DNA of 25,055 bases from Macrostomum lignano. Its lineage: Eukaryota. The stretch lies in contig NIVC01000517.1 of NCBI GenBank assembly GCA_002269645.1, positions 1 through 25,055 of the forward strand. Reading direction: 5' to 3'. The position numbers and the translations under genes were made by a program. Under the pieces are notes generated by a model. It did no database searches and was not told where the DNA came from. It was given only the letters and a program-made list of their open reading frames with translations. This document shows, piece by piece, positions 17,079-25,055 of the stretch (positions are counted from its first letter, which is position 1; each line of letters begins with the position of its first letter).

Positions 17079-20000
17079 CTGAAATACAGAAATATAGCAT
17101 AAAAATGAAAAAAGTCAGTAAAAAGACAATAAAGCAATCGTTGGACTACCCTCTTATTCCTACTACATGGCCTATTTGGCCTACTTGGTCTTAGTCTCTC
17201 GCCTGACTAAACCCACCTCGGCCGACCCTCGCTAACCCGAACCCACTTCCAGCCAAACCTCGCCTGTTAAAATCAGCTTCCGACTATTAGACTGTAAAAT
17301 ATACAATTCTATACATAGTTGTCCATTCCAGAGAAAGGACTATACAAAGAAGCAGTGCACTCACGATTGTTGGTTTCGCCTCCTGTCGCCGTGGTGGCAC
17401 TGTCGACAACATCTACATTGATCTGCACCGAGACGCAGGCGCCGTTGACTTTGATCTTGTTGTGCGCACAGTCACAAGAATAGTTGCCGATGTTATTAAT
17501 GCAGATGTAGTCACCGCCGCAAGGATTCGTAGAGTTCACTCGACACTCGTTGATGTCCTGAATTCAAAATCGTTTCGATGCTTTCCATGACTTTTTCACT
17601 AACGCTAAACTTTACAAGAATTTTGTGATTGTGAAAGCAACTACTTTTCCGTTACAATATAGCACAGCTTCTTACCATAGCAGAAAATAATGTGACCGAA
17701 TTCACACCTACGGAAATCACCCTTACCTCGCATTCGTAGAGCGCGTTCAGCTTGAAGCCGCCATCGGACACGTGCACGTGTAGGACCCGTTCGTGTTCAC
17801 GCACGTCTGGTTCTGATCGGCTCTGCACCGATTGTCCCCGGTGGCGCATTCGTCGATGTCTTCGCACAAACTGGAGTTGCTAGGCGACACCCGAAGCGGG
17901 AGTGGTGCAGTTGCACCGGTAGCCTGGGACCAAGTTGGTGCACTGCTCCTGACAGATGCCGGGAGTCTCCAGGCATTCGTCGTATCTGCAGTTATATGTT
18001 AAAACGATCAGAAAGCATCATCGGCAGACTCACGAAGAATATTAATTCCCACAATAACTTGATAATATAGATCGATAAATAAAGGTCCTGGATCTTACCT
18101 TCGCACACCTGTCATCACCCACCATCCCATCGGGGCAGCTGTCACAGTAGTAACTACCGTTGCTGTACATGTGGCACATGCTGGCATTGTAGCAAGGATT
18201 CGGCTGTGCCGAGCAGGGCGTCACGTCGCACCTGTCACCTTGGTAGCCACTGGGACAGCTGCACTGTGCACGGTAGAAGTTCTCTGCAGTGCGTTACAAA
18301 TGAATTTTATACATTTGGTTTCACAGATTTATACGCATTCGACCCTACAAAGTAAGTTGAAGAAGTAAATTTATAGTAAATGAAAGCAGTACCTCCAACC
18401 ACTGTTTCCCCAGTCGTGTAGTTGAAGCTGTGTGTGGCTCCGTTCTCGCAGTCGATGTACAAGACGACTGGCGTCCAAGAAGTCGGTGCTCCCATCGAGT
18501 CAGTGGCCACGATCGTCAAGTTGAAGGCGCTGATGTTTTATGCCGACTGCCACACCAGCATGTTGCCGTCGAGCCACATCGAAGTGTCGTTGCTGGGCTC
18601 CTGGATGCTCAACACGATAGGATTTCCGTCTTTGTCGGTGACGTTGATGGTCAAGTTGAAAGTTGTCGACGAGTAGATCGTGATGTTTGTTAGGCATGTT
18701 AAACTCTGGAGCAAAGTTTGAGGCCACCGCCTTTGCCGACACCTCCTGGCTGACCGCCAACGAAGCTTCTTCTGCAGCGTCGAGTGACTGCAGTTGTGCT
18801 GCGTCGTACATGCAGCTCAAGTAGATGGACTGCTCTGCGTTCCAGCAAGTCTGCAACATCAAAGCATTTAGTATTGAATGCAATGTGATATTGAGCAGCC
18901 AATAGTGTGATTGTCTACAAAGTGCCGACTTACCTTGTTTGCCGACGTCATAAGCTCCGAGTTGTTGTGGAACAGGTCCAACAAGTTATCCTTGTAGTCC
19001 TCGACAAACACCGGAACGAAGGACATGTTACAGAAGTCCGCTCGAGTCTTTCCGCTGGATACGGAAGTGACTCACGTCGCTCGACTGCAGCGCCCAGCTC
19101 TGACCGAAGTGGAACAGGTCTCGCTCCGAGCTGTTTCAGGAAAGAGGGTGCCGTTTCGTAGCTTGAAGTCGTCAGTTTTGTTTCCGTTGAAGTTGCCCAT
19201 GAGTCCTTCCACTTCGCTGGCGTGTCTCAGCTGGTCGAGCTGCACCGATGCCTGCAGCAGACTAAGAACTCTGTCGACGGTCACGGAGAAGCCAGTGTCC
19301 GACTCGCTGATGCTGATGCTCTTGTTGTCGTTTGACTTCAGTGTGTACTTTTCGATGGTTGTGGAGTTCTCCTGTTCGGAGAAGTACGTGAGCACACTGC
19401 CCAGCAACTCGTTGTCTTTGTACACGTCCAGGTCGTTTGAGCTCGTGTTAAGCCAGAACAGAAATGGAACAGTTGTTGGAGCCGGCCTTGAGCGCAAATC
19501 CGATGAAAACGGTAGCCGATGCGGTGACATTCGGATTGAGTGACTTTGCCAGACCCGTTCGGCTTGCAACTCGAGCATAGGAGCACTCTGCGAGCTGTTC
19601 CTGATCATGTAGTACTCGCACAAGCCATTGAAGGAGTACGTGATTCCGTCGATAGTGCTAATGTGAGGATCACCTCGATTGAAACCTGTTTCGTAAATTG
19701 AAAGAATCAGTTAAGACTTAGTAGTAAACTATTGCTAAGCTAAAATGACAAGTTCAGCCTGTTTGCTCACCCCAAGCCGGTTCGGTGTAGTCTCGACTGT
19801 TGCACTTTGGCCGGAACTTCTTGTACTTTCCAATCACCTTTGCCCGCTCGGCAAACGTCATAGCCATACGTCTCGTTTCTGAGCTGCTCGTCGTACTTGA
19901 TCCACCACCAGTAGTTCTGGTTCGTTCTCTCCAGAATCATGCTGTGTCCCGCTCCTTGCACAGTACTCTTGATTAAGAGAGCCACTCTGGCGTCTGTCGA

Positions 20001-23000
20001 ACATGATGTTGCGCAACGCCAGCGCATGCTCCACACCGAGTAGCCGGCGTCGCAGTAATCCACGAGTATGGCCGTCCTTCTTCCAGTGTACCTTGAGCTT
20101 GTAGCAACATCTTGGCGCAGCGTAGAACTGACACCGCATGAACCGGTTGCAGTACCAGTTCCACCACGGATAAGGACATACTGGCGGATTTGTAAAGTTC
20201 CTGCACGCACTCAAATCTGCCTCGGAAGCACATGGTGAGCTTATAGTTTCCTTTCTCATTCTGGTTTTTCTTGTCGCAAGATACTCATATGGCCAGTAGC
20301 GCCAGTCCAACACCGCTTGCGCATGTCTCGAGGGCAAGTGCGGCAGCTCAACTTCGTCGTAAGAGGTCGTTTGCGCTCGTTGTCCATCCATTTTTGCACT
20401 TGAGCTTGTCGCTAGGAGGGATGGAGTCCGCCATTATCCTTACGTGTCTTCCGACTTTTCCGACATTGCCCATGACCTTATTGTCGGTGACATAATTGCT
20501 GCCACCAGTAGTAGCTAAAGGGCAACCTGTCGAATTTCTGGTAACCGTCAGTGAAGCCTGCCGCGACGTAGAAGTACCGCCAGCGCCACTCGCTCATCTC
20601 GAACTGTCCGTAGTTAAAGATGACGAAGGAGTGGCTCTCGTTTCTGGTGACGATTGCTTGGAAGCTGATGTGCTGCGGGAGTTTGCAGGAGTTTGATTCT
20701 GCTTAATAAAATTTAAAATTTCTATTGCAAGGCACCCAACATAATACGGTACATTTACTTTTCTACCTACGCAGTAGAACCTACACTGTTGCCTACCCAT
20801 ATTAAAACGATGGCGAGGCATATATTATGCAAGACTGAAGGGCCTGTCTTACCTCCTGCTTGGGGTCGCAGTACTTGCAGTAGTATTGAGCCCAGCTGTA
20901 CCCCAGCTGTTTATAGTAGTAGTTGCAGTAGCGATTACAGTAGTAAACGTAGTAGCTGTACGGCTGCATCTTATTCCAGGTGACGATGAGTGCATTCAGC
21001 GGATTGTAGGTATCGCCTCCGCTGAAGCTGGTAATAATTTCCACAACCTTTTTCCAGTTCTGCGTGTTACTGTGCTGTGAGCTGTCCAGCAACTCGTAGT
21101 AGACGGCGGAGTCTGGGTAGGCGAACGAATACCGGTAGGACCAATAGGGAAACACCATCGGCTTCACCAGGTAGGTGTACCAGGTAGGCCAGGTCAGCTG
21201 GTACGGTGGATCCGAAAAGGACAGGTAGCCGTCTTTAGAAATCTGTATTAATTTCGTGTGGATTGCATAAATTAGCTAGCAAAATGGTTCGATTTGAATA
21301 GTCGAACAAGTTAATGGCTTGAGTCTGCATACCTTGCATACGGTGCTCTCTTGTGATCCGATGATGAACGGAGCTTCAGTTTCAATTGTAACGTAGCTGA
21401 CTGTGTAGTTGTTGAAGTCGTATGTCGTCAGCTTTGTGCCATTGTCAGTGGAAAGAGTCATCAGTTCTGTAAGTCGGAAAATTTGACAAATTTACGGTTT
21501 TTTCGGGTACAGAACTTACAGTGTTATTCGGATTTTTTAATTGCGTATTTTTGTCTTACCAATGCAAGTGTATCCGTCGCCATAGTAACCAGGGCGACAG
21601 GCGCAAGAAAATGAGCCCGGATTGTTGCTGCAGATGGCGTTGACGTGACAAGGCGAACTGCTGCACTCGTCAATGTCTGCAATAGGGATTGTAGTTTGCT
21701 TTCAATTTCTAGGAAGTCTGATAGATTGACAATTTTAATATTTGCTTTTGTTAATATGGTATTTATATTGCATACAGAAAACCCAGACCGAGAAAGAAAA
21801 TGCATACAAAAATATTACCTGTGTTGCAGTCGATGCCTGACCAGCCAGAGGGGCAAACGCACTGAAATGCATTCACTCGGTCAATGCAACTGCCTCTAAA
21901 GCAAGGCATTTGTGCGCAGTCATCGGTATCTATAAATATTGAATCAAGTAAGGTTGGCAAATATGGTTCCATATGTTGCTTGAATAGGCGTGACTTATTT
22001 GAAAATAACATAAATCAATTAAACTTACTGATTTCGCAAAGAGATCCTTGGTACCCAGGCAAGCAACTACATGTAAAGTACGTTTCTGTAGTGTGACAAG
22101 TGGCCCATTTTTACATGGCGCACTGTTGCACAGCTTCGACGCGTCAACGATAACACTGCCGCTACTAGTAGTGCCAACAACAACTGGTGGCAGCGTAGTG
22201 ACACCTGCTACAGTAGACTGGGGAGCCGCACTCGATGGCTGATTAGCAGTGGACTGAGGAGCAGCGGTGGACTGAGGATCAGAACTGGACTGAGGAGCAG
22301 CGGTAGACTGGGGATCAGAACTGGACTGAGGAGCAGCGGTAGACTGGGGATCAGAACTGGACTGAGGAGCAGCAGTGGACTGAGGAGCAGCGGTGGACTG
22401 GGGATCAGAACTGGATTGAGGAGCAGCAGTGGATTGAGGAGCAGCAGTGGATTGAACATCAGAAGTTGATGATGGATAAGACTGCGGTTCGGCAGTGCTC
22501 GGCTGAGGTCCAGTCGAAGGCGGATCAGACTGCGGTTCGGCAGTGCTCGGCTGAGGTCCCGTCGAAGTCGGATCAGACTGCGGTTCGGCAGTGCTCGGCT
22601 GAGGTCCCGTCGAAGTCGGATCAGACTGCTGTTCAGCAGTGCTCGGCTGAGGTCCCGTCGAAGGCGGATCAGACTGCGGTTCGGCAGTGCTCGGCTGAGG
22701 TCCAGTCGGAGTCGGATCAGACTGCGGTTCGGCAGTGCTCGGCTGAGGTCCAGTCGGAGTCGGATCAGACTGCGGTTCGGCAGTGCTCGGCTGAGGCCCC
22801 GTCGAAGGCGGATCAGACTGCGGTTCGGCAGTGCTCGGCTGAGGCCCCGTCGAAGGCGGATCAGACTGCGGTTCGGCAGTGCTCGGCTGAGGTCCCGTCG
22901 AAGTCGGATCAGACTGCGGTTCGGCAGTGCTCGGCTGAGGTCCCGTCGAAGGCAGATCAGACTGCGGTTCGGCAGTGCTCGGCTGAGGTCCCGTCGAAGT

Positions 23001-24882
23001 CGGATCAGACTGCGGTTCGGCAGTGCTCGGCTGAGGTCCCGTCGAAGGCGGATCAGACTGCAGTTCGGCAGTGCTCGGCTGAGGTCCCGTCGAAGGCGGA
23101 TCAGACTGCGGTTCGGCAGTGCTCGGCTGAGGTCCCGTCGAAGTCGGATCAGACTGCGGTTCGGCAGTGCTCGGCTGAGGTCCAGTCGAAGGCGGATCAG
23201 ACTGCGGTTCGGCAGTGCTCGGCTGAGGTCCCGTCGAAGGCGGATCAGACTGCAGTTCAGCAGTGCTCGGCTGAGGTCCCGTCGAAGGCGGATCAGACTG
23301 CGGTTCGGCAGTGCTCGGCTGAGGTCCCGTCGAAGTCGGATACGACTGCGGTTCGGCAGTGCTCGGCTGAGGTCCCGTCGAAGGCGGATCAGACTGCTGT
23401 TCAGCAGTGCTCGGCTGAGGTCCCGTCGAAGTCGGATCAGACTGCGGTTCGGCAGTGCTCGGCTGAGGTCCCGTCGAAGTCGGATCAGACTGCGGTTCGG
23501 CAGTGCTCGGCTGAGGTCCAGTCGGGGTCGGATCAGACTGCGGTTCGGCAGTGCTCGGCTGGGGTCCAGTCGGGGTCGGATCAGACTGCGGTTCGGCAGT
23601 GCTCGGCTGAGGTCCAGTCGGAGTCGTATCAGACTGCGGTTCGGCAGTGCTCGGCTGAGGTCCCGTCGAAGGCAGATCAGACTGCGGTTCGGCAGTGCTC
23701 GGCTGAGGTCCCGTCGAAGTCGGATCAGACTGCGGTTCGGCAGTGCTCGGCTGAGGTCCCGTCGAAGGCGGATCAGACTGCAGTTCAGCAGTGCTCGGCT
23801 GAGGTCCCGTCGAAGGCGGATCAGACTGCTGTTCAGCAGTGCTCGGCTGAGGTCCCGTCGAAGTCGGATCAGACTGCGGTTCGGCAGTGCTCGGCTGAGG
23901 TCCCGTCGAAGTCGGATCAGACTGCGGTTCGGCAGTGCTCGGCTGAGGTCCCGTCGAAGTCGGATACGACTGCGGTTCGGCAGTGCTCGGCTGAGGTCCC
24001 GTCGAAGTCGGATCAGACTGCGGTTCGGCAGTGCTCGGCTGAGGTCCCGTCGAAGTCGGATCAGACTGCGGTTCGGCAGTGCTCGGCTGAGGTCCCGTCG
24101 AAGGCGGATCAGACTGCGGTTCGGCAGTGCTCGGCTGAGGTCCGTCGAAGGCGGATCAGACTGCGGTTCGGCAGTGCTCGGCTGAGGTCCCGTCGAAGGC
24201 AGATCAGACTGCGTTCGGCAGTGCTCGGCTGAGGTCCCGTCGAAGGCGGATCAGACTGCGGTTCGGCAGTGCTCGGCTGAGGTCCCGTCGAAGGCGGATC
24301 AGACTGCTGTTCGGCAGTGCTCGGCTGAGGTCCCGTCGAAGTCGGATACGACTGCGGTTCGGCAGTGCTCGGCTGAGGTCCCGTCGAAGGCGGATCAGAC
24401 TGCTGTTCAGCAGTGCTCGGCTGAGGTCCCGTCGAAGTCGGATACGACTGCGGTTCGGCAGTGCTCGGCTGAGGTCCCGTCGAAGGCGGATCAGACTGCG
24501 GTTCGGCAGTGCTCGGCTGAGGTCCCGTCGAAGGCGGATCAGACTGCGGTTCGGCAGTGCTCGGCTGAGGTCCCGTCGAAGGCGGATCAGTCTGCGGTTC
24601 GGCAGTGCTCGGCTGAGGTCCCGTCGAAGTCGGATCAGACTGCGGTTCGGCAGTGCTCGGCTGAGGTCCCGTCGAAGGCGGATCAGACTGCGGTTCGCAG
24701 TGCTCGCTGAGGTCCCGTCGAAGGCGGATCAGACTGCGGTTCGGCAGTGCTCGGCTGAGGTCCCGTCGACGGATAAGCAGTGTTTCTGTATGTCAATTGT
24801 TGACTCTACGACGCCATTCGATTCTGTTGTTGCAGGTGCAACAATTGCTGTTTGGGATACATTGGGGATACAGTTAGGATAC
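16939..24882 (-). CDS. Gene B: MUC4/SUSD2/Mesh-like type I membrane mucin (PTS repeat - 3xEGF - NIDO - AMOP - VWD - Ig/cadherin-like - ~5xEGF - TM). Exons 24882-22029, 21929-21819, 21676-21560, 21466-21333, 21242-20853, 20672-19771, 19685-18934, 18850-18393, 18283-18099, 17985-17727, 17557-17365, 17078-16939
   Basis: Domain motifs read directly; GT-AG introns with consistent phases at most junctions. More than 15 single-base indels and one in-frame TAA (18540-18538). The 5' boundary (24882) is tentative and the N-terminus lies off the window. Orthology to MUC4/SUSD2 is not established. Confidence 0.9.
17365..18283 (-). CDS. Gene B membrane-proximal EGF / Ca-binding EGF exons (three exons)
   Basis: [97 protein letters not shown]. 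Confidence 0.9.
18393..19685 (-). CDS. Gene B VWD domain (GDPH), Cys-containing linker and Ig/cadherin-like segment (two exons)
   Basis: [84 protein letters not shown]. Confidence 0.9.
19771..21466 (-). CDS. Gene B NIDO and AMOP domains (three exons)
   Basis: [28 protein letters not shown]...[17 protein letters not shown] (NIDO); [32 protein letters not shown] (AMOP, across frameshifts). Confidence 0.88.
21560..22150 (-). CDS. Gene B three N-terminal EGF repeats
   Basis: [30 protein letters not shown] (one indel), [73 protein letters not shown]. Confidence 0.92.
22240..22460 (-). repeat. 18-bp coding repeat (QSTAAP / QSSSDP), second tier of the gene B mucin region
   Basis: ggactgaggagcagcggt / ggactggggatcagaact units, in frame with the 48-bp array and EGF1. 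Confidence 0.9.
22480..24770 (-). repeat. 48-bp coding tandem repeat, ~48 copies, encoding [15 protein letters not shown](P/T) (mucin PTS domain of gene B)
   Basis: The minus frame cct tcg acg gga cct cag ccg agc act gcc gaa ccg cag tct gat ccg is continuous with the EGF exon; 1-bp deletions at ~24142, 24212, 24697 and 24706. Confidence 0.95.
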
Positions 24883-25055
24883 CTTGTAAGAATTTAACAG
24901 GATGCAGGCATTCAAAATATTTACAACTTAACAACATTAAAAATTGTTTTACGTTTTTTAAGCATAAGCCCGTGTCTATTTGCTTTATAATTTAAAAGGT
25001 AGTTGGAACCACTCTTAGCTTTTTTTCATGGAGTTGGTCCGTAAAATTCGATTTC

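Noticed and set aside
22466-24232. 588-aa plus-strand ORF ([16 protein letters not shown])n
   Set aside because: Antisense shadow of the mucin repeat; the minus frame is continuous with the EGF exon and the gene's splice sites.

Overview
Eukaryotic (metazoan, probably invertebrate) genomic DNA with GC-rich exons and mostly short (about 80-190 nt) AT-rich introns. Two tandem, minus-strand paralogues of a MUC4/SUSD2/Mesh-like membrane mucin bracket the window. Gene B (24882->16939, 12 exons seen, N-terminus off the right edge) encodes a ~48 x 16-aa Pro/Thr/Ser repeat, 3 EGF, NIDO, AMOP, VWD (GDPH), an Ig/cadherin-like segment, ~5 EGF, a TM helix and a short tail. Gene A (1534->31, running off the left edge) has the same exon structure but an unrelated 20-aa mucin repeat. 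Between them lies a ~14 kb stack of mobile DNA: a Penelope-like retroelement (RT + GIY-YIG) with an apparently inverted 5' part, two promoter-bearing LTR-like segments, a minisatellite-filled hAT MITE with a perfect 8-bp TSD plus a partial duplicate, and a foldback Tc1/mariner-like element with a 1.5 kb polypurine tract. This stack may be one giant intron of gene A. Many single-base indels, mostly in short homopolymers, suggest unpolished long-read sequence rather than true pseudogenes. All alignments and percent identities were done by eye; no database searches were run.
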